From assembly GCA_963813715.1 (NCBI GenBank), contig CAWFAK010000017.1, positions 288,001-352,000 of the forward strand: a stretch of DNA of 64,000 bases, in the 5' to 3' direction. Numbering within the stretch: position 1 is the stretch's first letter; each line of letters opens with the position of its first letter. Shown piece after piece: positions 22,771 to 34,715 of this stretch. Origin of the DNA: an uncultured Planctomycetaceae bacterium (GTDB lineage Bacteria > Planctomycetota > Planctomycetia > Planctomycetales > Planctomycetaceae). The notes under the pieces were generated by a model. It was not told where the DNA came from. It made no database searches and worked only from the letters and a program-made list of their open reading frames with translations. Made by a program: the position numbers and the translations under genes.

Positions 22771-23487
22771 CTAGCAGCGCATCGTCTTCCGCTTTTTGCC
22801 GAGCTTTCCGGAGCTCTCGGCTTTCGCGATCGCAGTGGTTGCCAGCGGTACCTGGCACGCGGTCTCGCCCATATCGACAGTGACCGCGCCGATCTTTTGG
22901 GCCGTTTTCTTCGCCTGCGCGGCGAGTGGCTTCACGTGGGTGCCGACGGCGATTACGAAATTGTTCATCGCGTGGCGGACGCGGTTTTTCGCCGTGTGGA
23001 TTTCCTTGGCGGCCACCGCCAATCGCTCGGCGATTTCATCGAGGTCCAGGTCTTCGTCGTCCGTCGTCGCGACGATCCCCGAGTAGGTGCACCAGCCACC
23101 GGCGGCAACCGACTCGTCTTTGGACTTCATCCATTTGAGCGCCAGCGAGCGGGCCGTCGGATGCTCGGCCGCCAGCCAGGGAACCGTGTATTCGGCCACC
23201 ATTGGCAGCCCCTTGGCGGCTTTGGCCCACGCGTCGAGCTGCGGCTGGCTCAGTTGGGTTCCGTCCGCCACCAGGCCGGCCAGGTACATGGCGTCCATGG
23301 TTCCCGTGTCGTACAGCTCGCAGGCGAGCCGTTGTTCGCCTTTGATCTTTTTCGCGATGTCCTTTAGGTGGGCGACGCTCACTCCCAAGACGCGATCGGC
23401 CGCGGTGCCGTGGCGCACATAAATTCGGCGGGTGCTTTCGCTCCCTTTCGCCTTCAACTCGGCCATCACCGATTGAACACTCGCCAT
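22771..23487 (-). CDS. DNA alkylation repair protein (AlkD-like HEAT-repeat family)
   Basis: VMAELKAKGSE...HG...LGVSVAHLKDIAKKIK...LYDTG..DAMYLAG; RVRHAMNNFVIAVG; VDMGETACQVP. Confidence 0.8.
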   Translation of the reverse strand: MASVQSVMAELKAKGSESTRRIYVRHGTAADRVLGVSVAHLKDIAKKIKGEQRLACELYDTGTMDAMYLAGLVADGTQLSQPQLDAWAKAAKGLPMVAEYTVPWLAAEHPTARSLALKWMKSKDESVAAGGWCTYSGIVATTDDEDLDLDEIAERLAVAAKEIHTAKNRVRHAMNNFVIAVGTHVKPLAAQAKKTAQKIGAVTVDMGETACQVPLATTAIAKAESSGKLGKKRKTMRC

Positions 23488-23510
23488 GAGTTCCTCGCTC
23501 TTGCTGGCGG

Positions 23511-24912
23511 CTATCGCGGTTCGGCCGCCATGAACAGGCCATGCTTGGGGCGGAGCGTCACCCGGGCTTCGGGGACCACCGGCCGGCCGGGGATGAGGTT
23601 GAGCGACCAGCCGGACGTGACAGTCGCCAGGATCAGGACCGACTCGATGAGCGCGAAGTGGTTGCCGATGCAGATCCGCGGACCGGCCCCGAAGGGGAAG
23701 TAAGCGTACGGGTGCCGGCCTTCGGATCGTTCGGGCAGGAATCGGTCCGGGTCGAAACCTTCCGGGTTGTCCCAGAACGAGCGGTGGCGGTGCGTGACGA
23801 ATTGCGACAAGAGCACGGGCGCGCCGGCGGGAATGGTCACGTCGCCGATTTGGTCGTCCGCCGCCGTCATGCGGGCGAGCCCCCACACCGGCGGGTAGAG
23901 CCGCATGGATTCCTGGATGACTTGCTTGGCGTAAGGCAGCTTGGGCAGATCCTCGGCCGTGGCTGAGCGGCCCGCGAGCACGCCGTCGACCTCGCGCTGC
24001 AAGCCGCGTGCGCACCTCGACGTGCTGGGAGAGCAGATAAAAGGTCCAGGTGAGCGCCTTGGCCGTCGTTTCATGGCCGGCGAGGAAGAAGGTCATCACC
24101 TCGTCGCGGAGCTGCTTGTCCGACATCTGCGAGCCGTCTTCATCGCGGGCCGCCATCAGCATCGTCAGCAGGTCTTCGCGCGCGGCTGGCTGTGTTCGAT
24201 GCTGATCGATGATCTTCTGCACGGCTTTGTCGAGCCGTTGGATGGCCCGTTCGTAGCGACGGTTGCTGGCGACCGGCAGGCGCTCCCGAAAGTTCCAGGG
24301 CGAATGGATGCGGCGGCTGATTTCGTCGATGACGAGCGTGAGTGCCGCGCCGACGTCGCTGGCCTCGCCCGTCACGTCGGTGCCCAACAGCGTCTCGCCG
24401 ACGATCCGCATCGTCAGCCGCATCATTTCGTCGGCGACGTCGATCGGTTCGCCCGTTCGCGAGGCCGATTCCCACGAGTCGGCCATCTCCTGCGTGGCCG
24501 TCACCATCGGAGCGGCGAAACCGGCAAGCTTCGGCGCGGTGAACGCCGGTTGCAGCAAGCGCCGCTGCCGCAGCCAGAAATCGCCTTCGCTGGTGATCAG
24601 GCCGTTGCCGACAACGTGGCGCAGTTTTTTGAAGCCGCGCGACTGCTTGGTGTAGTTGTCGCGATGCTTGACGAAGACGTGATACACATGGTCCGGATGA
24701 AACAGCGCGAAGGCGGTGCGCGGACCCAGCTTCAAGCGGACGATGTCGCCGTATTCGGCGTGCGCGCGAAGCAGGAACTGCGCCGCGTCGCGCATCATTT
24801 CGCCGGCATGCCCGATGAGAAAATTGCCCGGAGGCGTGGGGGCCTCGCGGGTTGCAACGGCAGTTCGCGGCGGCATGCGGCCGGCCACGGCGGTCATCCA
24901 AAGCGGCGACAT
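23511..24912 (-). CDS. Cytochrome P450 (frameshift near 24010)
   Basis: FFLAGHETTA I-helix, ESMRLYPP (ExxR), FDPDRF, YFPFGAGPRICIG heme-Cys motif. Confidence 0.93.
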
Positions 24913-25041
24913 GGTTGGGTCCCCTGCATTCCGTTCCCAGAATCAACCCAGCGAACGGAGACGATTGTATCACCGAGCGAGCGACCGCAGGACCAAGGTG
25001 CGAGTCCGCGTCAGGTTTATTCAGCCAAGTCCGCGTCGCGT

Positions 25042-26119
25042 TTATTCGAACGGCACGCCGGTCCGCCGAGAAACTTCCCGCAGATCGTCGACGACCGGAC
25101 CCGAGGAGCGGAATTCCCTCGACGCGATTCACGGCTTCGGCCAGTCGCTCGGGGTCGCCGGGAATCAGCGGGCCGTCGGTGCCGGGGGCCGGCTTTGTCG
25201 CGCGGAACGTGCGGATCCAGTCGTCGACCTGCCGTTTGAATTCGGTCGGGTCGATGAAGGCGGCGACGGACAGGGCGCCGAAGAAGTGGCCGATCCCCTT
25301 TCCCACCTCGCGCTCCTGCAGCACCTTGAGCATGATGAACGGCGGCGTGAACGGACCCCAGTTGGCCCCCGACAGCGGCCCGCACAACAAATCGACCATC
25401 GCCGACAGGCAATAGCCCTTATGGCCGCCGCGGTCCTTGTCGGAGCCCATCGGCAGGAGCGCCCCGCCGTTATAAACGTCCTGCGGATCGACGGTGCCGC
25501 GGCCCGTCGCGTCGACGGCCCAGCCGGAGGGAATCGTCTCCTTGCGTCGGACCGCGTTTTCGACCTTGCCGAAGGCGGCGGACGTCGTCGCCATGTCGAT
25601 CACGATGGGGGGTTCTTCGAGGGCTGGGAACGCGACGGCGATCGGATTGGTGCCCAGCCGCCGCTGCGCCCCCCACAACGGTGCCACAATGCTGGTGGTG
25701 TTGGTCATCGCGAAGCCGATCAGGTCGCGCTTGAGCGCCTCGAGCGGGTAATAACCCGCAATGCCGAAGTGATTCGTGTTGCAGACGGCGACCCAGCCGG
25801 CGCCGACCTTCTCCGCCTTTTCCATCGCCAGCTCGTTGGCCCGCATCGAGACCGTCATGCCCAAGCCAGCGTCGCCGTCGACGGTGGCCGCGGCGGGCGA
25901 GTCGCGGACGATGCGAATATTCGGACGCGGATTGACGCGGCCCGATTCGATCAAGTCGACGTAGCTTTTCATCCGCGCGACGCCGTGCGTGTCGATGCCG
26001 CGGAGGTCGGCCACGATCAGGATGTCGGCGGCCTGGTCGGCGTCGGTTCGCGAGATGCCGAACGATTCGAACACGCGTCGGCAGAATTCGTGCAGGCGTT
26101 CCGGGGCGAAGCGATTCAT
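25042..26119 (-). CDS. Ldh_2 (malate/L-lactate dehydrogenase type 2, ComC/AllD-like) oxidoreductase; frameshift near the 3' end
   Basis: DLRGIDTHG, NTNHFGIAGYY, LGTNPIA, DMATT, GGHKGY, LIPGDPE. Confidence 0.9.
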
Positions 26120-26162
26120 CAAGGTTCCGATTGTTTTGTGTCGTCTGCTCTGTGAGTGTTTT

Positions 26163-26627
26163 CTACTTGGTGTCGTCGACGAGGAGATAAAAAACGTCGG
26201 TTCGCAACTGCGACTCGTCTTCGGTCCAATGACCGTAAATCTCCCAATTTGGTCCGGCCAAGGTCCGCTGGTTATCGGCCGCCCATTGGACGAGCGCCCG
26301 ATGGGTTTCACCCAACCGATGATAGGCTCCGAAATGCGTGGCCGTCACGATCGAGCCGCCGGGCGTCGCGGAGCAGATCAGATCGGCCGTGCTGGCAAAC
26401 GGGGCGGTGACCTCCTGCCCTACTTCCAGGTTGATCACACCGCTGACGTCGGCATCCAAGTAGACGGCCACGTTGCGTCCCCCTTTGAGACCGAGCTGCT
26501 TCACGAGGTTCCACGAGGTGCCGCAGGCCTCCGGCACGACATTCTTCAGCTCATCGAGCCGGGCCTGGCGGCGGACGATGGCAATCGGTTGCGGTTGGAC
26601 GCGACGCGTCTCGATGGGGGCGGTCAT
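26163..26627 (-). CDS. GyrI-like small-molecule-binding protein
   Basis: ATHFGAYHRLGETH...W...LAGPNWEIYGHW...LRTDVFY GyrI/effector-binding pattern. Confidence 0.8.
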   Translation of the reverse strand: MTAPIETRRVQPQPIAIVRRQARLDELKNVVPEACGTSWNLVKQLGLKGGRNVAVYLDADVSGVINLEVGQEVTAPFASTADLICSATPGGSIVTATHFGAYHRLGETHRALVQWAADNQRTLAGPNWEIYGHWTEDESQLRTDVFYLLVDDTK

Positions 26628-27018
26628 GGCGGCGGTCCTTCGTTGTGAGCTCGACTTACAGGTGCCGTCTAATGGTGTCAGTCGACTCGACGCCCGGTTA
26701 TTCGTCAAGGCGACACGAACGGGCGGCGGGTTGCGGGTCTAGTCTCCTGAACGTCTGATCCGGGGCGCTTGCCGTCGTTCGGCTTCCCGCGAAGGCCGGC
26801 CCACTTCCCTGGAAGCCCGCCGACTGACTAAGATCGAATCACCGATCCACAATCGAGTGATCGGTTGCAAAGCAACCTGATACCAGGAGTTTTGCCGGCG
26901 TTTCCCCGCTCTTGCCAATGTCGCGCAAGTTGGTGATTGCTGCCTGCCGGATCGTTCACACCAGCCGATTGACCTGCCTTCAATTGATCCTGCCTTCATT
27001 GGAAAGAAGTGGGTGCTG

Positions 27019-28337
27019 ATGTCTGCCGCCGTTGTCTCTCACCGCGCTCTGGCTGTCACGCTGTTCCTGTCGATCATTCCGGCCGCGCATCCGGCGTCGG
27101 CGAATGACTGGCCCAGCTTCCGCGGGGCCGACCGCTCCGCCGTCTCGAAAGAGACGGGCCTGATGGCGAAGTGGCCCAGCGACGGGCCGCCGCTGGTCTG
27201 GCACGTGCAGGGCGCGGGCCGCGGCTATGCGAGCCTGGCGATTGCCGGCGATCGCATTTTCACGCTGGGCGACGGCCCCTCGAGCGAAAAGGACAAAAAC
27301 GAATACGCCATCTGCTTCGATCGCCAGACCGGCAAGCGGCTCTGGAGCAAGATGACCGGTAAGCCCTGGACTTCCGGGCAGCCGAGTTGGCAAAGCTCGC
27401 GAAGCACGCCGACTGTCGACGGCGACGTGGTCTACTTCCTCACCCCCTACGGCCAGTTGATTTGTTTCGACACGGCCGACGGCCAGGAGCGCTGGCAAAA
27501 GGGATGAAGGAGGATTTTGAAGGTCGCAAAGGGGATAGCTGGGGCTACAGCGAATCGGTGCTGATCGACGGCGATCGCCTGATCTGCACCCCCGGCGGAT
27601 CGCGGGAGACGATGGTCGCGCTCGACAAGAAAACCGGCTCCCTCATTTGGAAGTCGAGCCGGCCCGGCGACCGCGGGGCGGCCCACTCCTGCGTCATGAT
27701 TTCCGACGTCGGCGGGACGAAGGTCTACGTGCAAGACACGGCCAGCGGGCCGATCGGAGTGCGGGCCTCGGACGGCAAGCTCTTGTGGTCGCACGCGATC
27801 GACCAGACGCCGGCCGTCATTCCCACGCCCATCATCAAGGGCGATTTGGCCTACTTCTCCATCGGTTACAAACGAGGCGGCATCCTCTTCCAGCAGGTGC
27901 CGACCGCCGACGGGGGCGTCGAGGTCAAGGAGATTTACGGACTCAATCCGAAGATGGCCAACAAGCACGGCGGCGTAGTGCTCCTCGGCAACTACGTTTA
28001 CGGCGACACCGAAGACTCGGGCATTCCGTTTTGTGCCGAGCTGATGACGGGCAAGATCATGTGGAAGAAGCGCGGCTCCGGCCGGGGCTCGGCCGCGATG
28101 GCCGCCGCCGACGGCCACCTCTACATTCACTTTGCCGACGGCACAATGGTCCTGGCCAAGGCCTCGCCGAAGAAATACGCCGAGGTCGGCTCATTCAAAG
28201 TGCCCGGCAGCGGCGAACGGCCGAGCTGGTCGCACCCGGTGATCCTGGACGGCAAGCTCTACCTGCGCGAGCAGGACCACATCCTCTGCTACGACGTCCG
28301 CGCGAAAGGCCCAGGCTCCCCGCTCGCTCATCGCTGA
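27019..28337 (+). CDS. PQQ-binding-like beta-propeller (BamB-like) secreted protein; frameshift near 27503
   Basis: Signal; DWPSFRG, STPTV, WGYSESVLIDGD, WSHPVILDGKLYLR repeats. Confidence 0.85.
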
Positions 28338-28387
28338 ACCGGATCGCTGAGATCGCGGCGACTGACGGGCGCGTCACAACTCGCGTT

Positions 28388-28414
28388 AGCGGGGCAAGCT
28401 GCCAGCTTGCCCGC
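28388..28414. repeat. Single REP arm (same family as 8370 and 9537) between convergent genes
   Basis: GCGGGGCAAGCTGCCAGCTTGCCCGC. Confidence 0.75.
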
Positions 28415-28419
28415 CGATG

Positions 28420-29154
28420 TCAGCGATCAGATTCCGGCGGCGGATCGCCCGGACCGCGCTCGCGCCGGTTGTCGCTCTGCGGACCGTCCGGCCGTCTGCC
28501 GTTCGCATCCGGGCCACCACCCGGCCCGCGTCGACCGCGACGACCCGGCGGGCCAACGCGTTGCCGCATCTCTTTGAGCTGCTGCTTCTGCGCGTCGGTT
28601 AGCAGTTTGTCGAGCTTTTCGTCGACTTCCTTCTGGAGCGCGGCGATTTGGTCCCTCTGCTCGGGAGTGAAATGCAGTTCGTCCTGCAGGAAGTTCGGCA
28701 GGATTTGCCCTGGTCTCGGTGGTCCGCCGAAACCGGGGCCGCGGGGCCCACCCGGACCCCCGGGGCCGCCAGGGAATCCGAATCCCCGTCGGCCGCCGTT
28801 CGAGTCGTCTTCCGCGAGCAGCCGCGTGGCGAGGGCCGTCAACTCGTCTTTGGTGACCACGCCGTCTTTGTTGGCGTCGGCCCGATCGAACGTCCGCAGC
28901 AAGCGTTCGTCGGTAATTTCGTCGCGCGTCAGTTTGCCGTCTTTGTTCTTATCGAAGGCCATCAAGCGCGCCACGAAGGCATCGACCGCGGCCGGATCGG
29001 GTTTGCCCTTGGGGGCTGCGGGAGGACCATCTTCGGGCCGGCCCGGCCGGTCCGGCGGTCCTTGAGCGAAGGACACCGAGGGCAACACGGCGCCACCAAT
29101 TGCCAATGCCAGAATGGCAATGGTGCGACGGAAAACGTGATCGAGCGAGTCCAT
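28420..29154 (-). CDS. Secreted EF-hand protein with Gly/Pro/Arg-rich tails
   Basis: DKNKDGKLTRDE and DANKDGVVTKDE EF-hand loops; signal peptide. Confidence 0.85.
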   Translation of the reverse strand: MDSLDHVFRRTIAILALAIGGAVLPSVSFAQGPPDRPGRPEDGPPAAPKGKPDPAAVDAFVARLMAFDKNKDGKLTRDEITDERLLRTFDRADANKDGVVTKDELTALATRLLAEDDSNGGRRGFGFPGGPGGPGGPRGPGFGGPPRPGQILPNFLQDELHFTPEQRDQIAALQKEVDEKLDKLLTDAQKQQLKEMRQRVGPPGRRGRRGPGGGPDANGRRPDGPQSDNRRERGPGDPPPESDR

Positions 29155-29310
29155 GGAAGCGTCCTCTGAAGAAACCATCGGGGCGGACGAGCCGCGATTC
29201 CCAACGAGAGTAACGGTCAGTTGCCCGGATCCTCCACGCCGCTTTTTCAGGGAGCCGCGAAATTCACTGGCGAACCTGAAGTGCGGCTGATGCTGCTGGC
29301 TTCCATCAGC

Positions 29311-30177
29311 TTAGATCCCGCCGCCGGCGTCTGGCGGCAGGCGATGGTCCATCGTCAGGGCCGGATCGTCCTCGCACGGCTTGCCGACCACCTTGGCCGG
29401 CACGCCGGCGACCGTGCAGTGCGGTTTCACCGAGGTCAAAACGACGCTGCCGGCTCCGATTTTGGCCCCAGTCCCGATCTCGACGTTCCCCAGGATCTTG
29501 GCCCCGGTGCCGATCAGCACGCCGGCCCGCACCTTGGGGTGCCGGTCGCCGGTTTCCTTGCCGGTCCCGCCGAGGGTGACGTCGTGCAGCATCGAGACGT
29601 CGTTTTCCACGACGGCCGTTTCGCCGATTACCACGCCCGTGCCGTGATCGATCAGGATCCCCTGCCCGATGCGGGCGGCCGGATGGATATCGACGGCAAA
29701 GACTTGCGAGACGCGATTCTGCAGGAAGAGTGCCAGCGAGCGGCGGTCACGCGTCCACAGCCAGTGCGCCACCCGGTACGACTGCAGCGCCTGAAAGCCC
29801 TTGAAGTACAGGAACGGATGCGAGTACGAGGTGGAGGCCGGATCGCGCTCGCGCACGGCCCGCAGGTCGGCCCGAATGGCCTCGCTGATCTGCGGCGACG
29901 CAGCGAACGCCTCGTCGATCACTTCGCGGATCAGCATCTCGGAGAGGCTTGGACCGCCAAGCTTGCCTGCCAGGTGAAAGCTGAGCGCGTCTTCGAGCGT
30001 GTCGTGCTTGAGGATCGTCGCGTAGAGGAAGCTGGCGAGGATTGATTCACGATCGACTTCGCGAGCCACCTCTTCACGGATCGCCTGCCAGACCGGATCG
30101 TCGGCGAGCTGCGCGGGCGGCCGGCGTTTGGCGCGCTTACTCGGAGAATGTTCGCTGGCGACTGGTCCCATATCCAT
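29311..30177 (-). CDS. cysE: Serine O-acetyltransferase
   Basis: ERDPA, KGFQALQSYRVAH, VDIHPAARIG, IDHGTGVVIGETA, VTLGGTGKETGDRHPK. Confidence 0.95.
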   Translation of the reverse strand: MDMGPVASEHSPSKRAKRRPPAQLADDPVWQAIREEVAREVDRESILASFLYATILKHDTLEDALSFHLAGKLGGPSLSEMLIREVIDEAFAASPQISEAIRADLRAVRERDPASTSYSHPFLYFKGFQALQSYRVAHWLWTRDRRSLALFLQNRVSQVFAVDIHPAARIGQGILIDHGTGVVIGETAVVENDVSMLHDVTLGGTGKETGDRHPKVRAGVLIGTGAKILGNVEIGTGAKIGAGSVVLTSVKPHCTVAGVPAKVVGKPCEDDPALTMDHRLPPDAGGGI

Positions 30178-30323
30178 GTCTGGCCTCAACCCGGCTGACC
30201 TCAAGCGGAAACTGCGTGGAGCTTGCCGATTGAATCATAGCAGCACGCGAGAGAAACACGAGTTGGCGGGCCGGGGCGCACGGTGGACGCCGGATCTGCA
30301 TCAGATCTGCTGAAAAGGAAAAA

Positions 30324-30353
30324 GCACCCGCCAGCTGACGCAGGCGGCTCGCC
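30324..30353. repeat. GGCGAG-type REP arm
   Basis: Minus strand GGCGAGCCGCCTGCGTCAGCTGGCGGGTG hairpin; related arm at 32380-32407. Confidence 0.55.
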
Positions 30354-30369
30354 GGGTGAGCGCGCGGCC

Positions 30370-32312
30370 TTACGGCATGACCAGCAGGGTCACGCTCGAG
30401 GGCCGGTCGTGGGTGTGGTAGACCCGCTCGGTCGCCTTTTGGTAGTCGCTGGCCGGGGCGTTGTAGATGTCGACGAATTTTTGCGGGTTGCGGTCGATCA
30501 GCGGGAACCAGCTCGATTGCACCTGGACCATGATCCGGTGGCCGGTGCGGAACGTGTGGCAGACGTCCTGCATGTTGAATTTGATCGAGGCCGGCTGGCC
30601 CGGCTCGAACGGCTCCGGCTTCTCGAAGCTCTTGCGGAACTTGCCGCGAAAGACGTCGCCCCGCACCAGTTGCTGATAGCCGCCCATGCGGATGTCGGTC
30701 GGGATTGGGCGTCGGGATCGGGGTAGTCGTTCGGGTAGACGTCGATCAGTTTGACGACCCAGTCGGAATCGGTGCCCGTCGTGGAAACCGTCAGGTCGAC
30801 CTTGATCGGTCCGGCGATGGTGACGTCGCCGTCGAGCACGCCGGTCTCATAGACCAGCACGTCGGGCCGACGCGAGGCGAACCGCTGGTCGGCCGTCATG
30901 TACTCCTGCGTCATCCGCGTGGTGGTCGTCTCCTGGTAGTTGACGGGCCGTGCCGGATCGCTCAGGTATTCGTCGGCCTCGTTGGGGCTGGCCTGCGACG
31001 GTGCGTCGGTCGACAGCTTGCCGCCGGCGCGACAGGAAATACGCGTGGGCTTGGGCCTGCCGGGGCGGCCAGTTTTCGTATTTCCGCCAGAGGTTGGTGC
31101 CTGTCTCGAAGACCCAGGCCTTGGGATGCTCGTAGTTGCTTGCCCCTTTGAGGAAATGCTCGAAGAACGGGAACTCGATTTTCTCCCGGTAGAACTCGAG
31201 CGTCGACGCGTTGAATTGCACGTCGCCCAGCTTCGACCCGTCGCCGCGCGACCAGCCGCCGTGCACCCACGGGCCCCATCACGATGCGATTATCGGTCGC
31301 GGGCGAGTTCTTGAGTACCTTGCGATAGACCTCGAGTGCCCCAAACAGGTTCTCGGCGTCGTACCAGCCGCCGACCGTCATCACGGCCGGCTTGATGTTC
31401 TTGATGTGGGCGCGAATGTTCCGCGCCTTCCACCAGTCGTCGTAGTTGCTGTGCTGGCAGACTTCCTTAAGGAAGGCGGTTTCGCCTTTGAAGTAGCGAT
31501 CGCTGGCCTTGCTCAAGGGGCCGAAGTGCAAGAACAGGTCGTAGCCGTCCGGCGTTTCGTACTGGAAGGTCGTGTCGAACTTCTTGATCGGCTGGGGTCG
31601 CGGTCGATCGAAGAACGGCAGGAAGTTGAGCATGTGGGCGATCTGCAGCGCCCCGTTGTGATGCCAGTCGTCGCCGATGAACCAGTCGGTGACCGGCGCC
31701 TGCGGCGAGGCGGCCACCAGCGCCGGGGTGTGCGTCGATCATGCCCGTCACGGTGTAGAAGCCGGGGTACGAGATGCCCCACTGCCCGACCTTGCCGTTG
31801 TGATTCGGGACGTGCTTGATGATCCAGTCGATCGTGTCGTAGGTGTCGCTCGACTCGTCGATGTCGGTCGGCTTCTTTTTGTCGGCGATGTACGGCCGCA
31901 TGTTGACGTACTCGCCCTCGGACATCATGCGTCCGCGGACGTCCTGCAGCACGAAGATGTAGCCCGACTTCTCGAAGAGCGGCGAGGGGCCGAGCCGATC
32001 GCGATACTCGTCCCCGTAAGGGCCGACGCTGTACGGCGTCCGGTTGAGCATGATCGGGTATTTTTGGTTCTGGTCCTTGGGGACGTAGACCTCCGTGAAG
32101 AGCCGTTTCCCGTCGCGCATGGGGATGCGGTATTCGTACTTCGTGTACTTGGCCTTGATCTCGGCCAGATGTTTATCGTCGATAGGCCGCTGGCGCTGGG
32201 CCCAAGCGGGCGCCGCGGCATTGGCGACGACCAGTAGCGCGACGATCAGGCGGGCGGCTGGACAGGTTTTCGGTGTGCGGCGACGAGAGACGACTTCACG
32301 AAGAGGCAGCAT
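30370..32312 (-). CDS. CocE/NonD family hydrolase (alpha-amino acid ester hydrolase-like), copy A; several frameshifts
   Basis: IPMRDGKRL, RTPY, QDVRGR, GISYPGFY nucleophile motif, DDWHHNGA, GGWYDAE, HGGW, QSSWFPLIDRNPQ. Confidence 0.92.
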
Positions 32313-32379
32313 GGGGTCGATTCTCCAGAGGTTGAGCGTCCAGCATATCGCACAGGCCGGGTCAGTTGGCGCCAAAATG

Positions 32380-32407
32380 GGCGAGCGGCGGGTGTCAGCC
32401 CGCCGGT
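32380..32407. repeat. GGCGAG-type REP arm between the two CocE genes
   Basis: GGCGAGCGGCGGGTGTCAGCCCGCCGGT hairpin. Confidence 0.55.
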
Positions 32408-32452
32408 TCGTCTTTCCGCGAACCAGCGACAAGTTTGCTCGGCCCCGCCCCG

Positions 32453-34444
32453 TCAACGCGAAACCGTCCCGGTTCCGCTCAGCGACGGCATCACCATCAG
32501 CGTCACCCGCGACGCACGATCGTGCGAGCGATAGACGCGTTCGGTCGCCTTGTGGTACGTGCTCGGGTCGGCGCTGATAGATGTCGACGAAGCTCTGCGG
32601 GTTGCGATCGATCAGCGGAAACCAGCTCGACTGCACCTGCACCATGATCCGGTGGCCGGTGCGAAACGTGTGGCAGATGTCCTGCATCTTGAACTTGATC
32701 TCGGCCGGCTTGCCGGGCTCGAAGGCCTCCGGCTTTTCGAAGCTGTTGCGGTATTTGCCGCGGAAAGCGTCTCCGCGAACCAGTTGCTCGTAGCCGCCCA
32801 TGTGGGTGCCGGAGGGGTTCACCTTGGGATCGGGCGCGTTGTTCGGATAGACGTCGACCAGCTTGACGACCCAGTCCGAGTCGGTCCCCGACGTCGAGAC
32901 GTTGATGTCGACGTTAACTGGCCCCACGACGGAAACGTCCTGCGCCAGCGGCTCGGTCTCGTAATCCAGCACGTCGGGTCGTCGCGAGGCAAACCGCTGA
33001 TCGGCCGTCATGTACTCGCGGGTCATCCCGGTTCCAATCATTTCCAAGAAAGGCACCGGGTGCGACGGGTCGCTGACATATTCGTCGGACTCGTCGGCAC
33101 TCTTCTCGGTCGGCGCCGTCGTCGATAGGCCGCCGTTCGGCGCCGAAATAGTAGGAGCGCGCCTCCGCCTGCCGGTGGCGGCCAAGTCTCGAACTTGTGC
33201 CAGGTATTGCCGCCGGTCTCGAAGATCCAAGTCTTGGCCTCCTCGAATTTGCCCGTGTGCTTGAGATGGTGCTCGAAGAAGGGAAACTCGATTTTCGACT
33301 GGTAGTATTCGGCCGTCGGCGTGTTGAACGTGACGTCGCCCAAGCGCGAGCCTTCGCCGCGATACCAGCCGCCGTGCACCCACGGACCCATCACCAGATG
33401 GCTGTCGGTCGAGGGGCTGTTCTTGGCGAGGTTGCGATAAACCTCGAGTGCGCCGAACAGGTTTTCCGCGTCGTACCAGCCACCGACGGTGAGCACGGCC
33501 GGCTTGATGTGCTTGAGGTGCGGCCGCAGGTTCCGCGCCTTCCACCACTCGTCGTAATTGGCGTGCTGACAGACTTCTTTGAGGAACGCCGTTTCGCCCT
33601 TGAAGTAGCGATCGCTAGCCTTGCTGAGCGGTCCCATGTGCAGGAAGAAGTTGTAGCCGTCGGGAGTGCCAAAATCGAACTTCGCGCCATATTCCTTCAC
33701 CGGCTTGGGGCGCGGCCGGTCGAACCAGGGCAGGAAGCTGATCATGTGGGCGATTTGCAGCGCTCCGTTGTGGTGCCAGTCGTCTCCCATGAACCAATCG
33801 GTGACCGGAGCCTGCGGCGACGCGGCCACCAGGGCTGGATGAGCGTCGATCATGCCGGCTGCCGTGTAAAAGCCCGGATACGAAATGCCCCACATGCCGA
33901 CGCGGCCGTTGTTGTTTGGCACGTGCTTGATCAGCCAGTCGATCGTGTCGTAGGTGTCGCTTGATTCGTCGATGTCGGTCGAGCCGTTCTTGTTTTCGAT
34001 GTAGGGACGCATGTTGACGAACGTCCCCTCCGACATGAACCGCCCGCGCACGTCCTGTTCGACGAAGATGTAGCCCGACCTTTCGAACAGCTCCGACGGT
34101 CCGATGTGGCCGTTGTACTGGTCGGTCCCGTATGGCCGGCAGCTGTAGGGAGTCCGCGTGAGCAGGATCGGATACTTCTGGCTGCGAGCCTTGGGGATGT
34201 AGATCGCGGTGAAGAGCTTCACCCCGTCGCGCATCGGGATTTGATACTCGAACTTCGTGTAGTGCGACTTGACGTTGTATGCCGGCTTGTCGCTCGTGGT
34301 CCGTTTTTCGGTGGTGGTCTTCCGACGCTGGGCCCAGGCGGGCGTCGCGACGGTGGCGACGAGCGAGAGAACCAGGGCAAAGACCGAGGCGATGTGACGA
34401 ACGTTTTCTGGCAGGCGGGGCAGATTCAGGCGGGCGGACGGCAT
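32453..34444 (-). CDS. CocE/NonD family hydrolase, copy B; frameshifts near 33160 and 32575
   Basis: Same motifs as copy A (GISYPGFY, DDWHHNGA, GPWVHGGW, DQRFASRRPDV); signal peptide ending PAWA-Q. Confidence 0.92.
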
Positions 34445-34715
34445 CGGGCGAGGGTCTCCGGCGAGGGATCCAAACGGGGGTAAACCCAGCATAAAAAGCG
34501 GCGGTTCGATTGTCGTTGGTCGCCAATCGCTTTTTTTGCGGCTGATGGGGCAAACGATCGAGCTCTATCCCGATTTGTCGCGAAAAGCCGGGAATGACTC
34601 ACGGAGCCTTAATGGATGGGCGGGAAACTGGTGTTGCGGTTTCACCGCTTACCGGCAAAATACGTCGCCTTTCCCGAATGGAACCGGCCGCGGCACCCCG
34701 AATCACGGACGATTC

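Noticed and set aside
22771..26311. Apparent P450-AlkD fusion (713 aa) and extended 723-aa Ldh ORF in the ORF track
   Set aside because: Both result from frameshifts. The P450 C-terminus (heme Cys) lies in frame 23511-24074 with its own stop, and the AlkD-like gene has its own RBS and ATG at 23487.
31467..33548. 693-aa ORF joining a CocE C-terminus to a CocE N-terminus (circular permutation)
   Set aside because: Frameshift read-through from copy B into copy A; each copy has a normal domain order.
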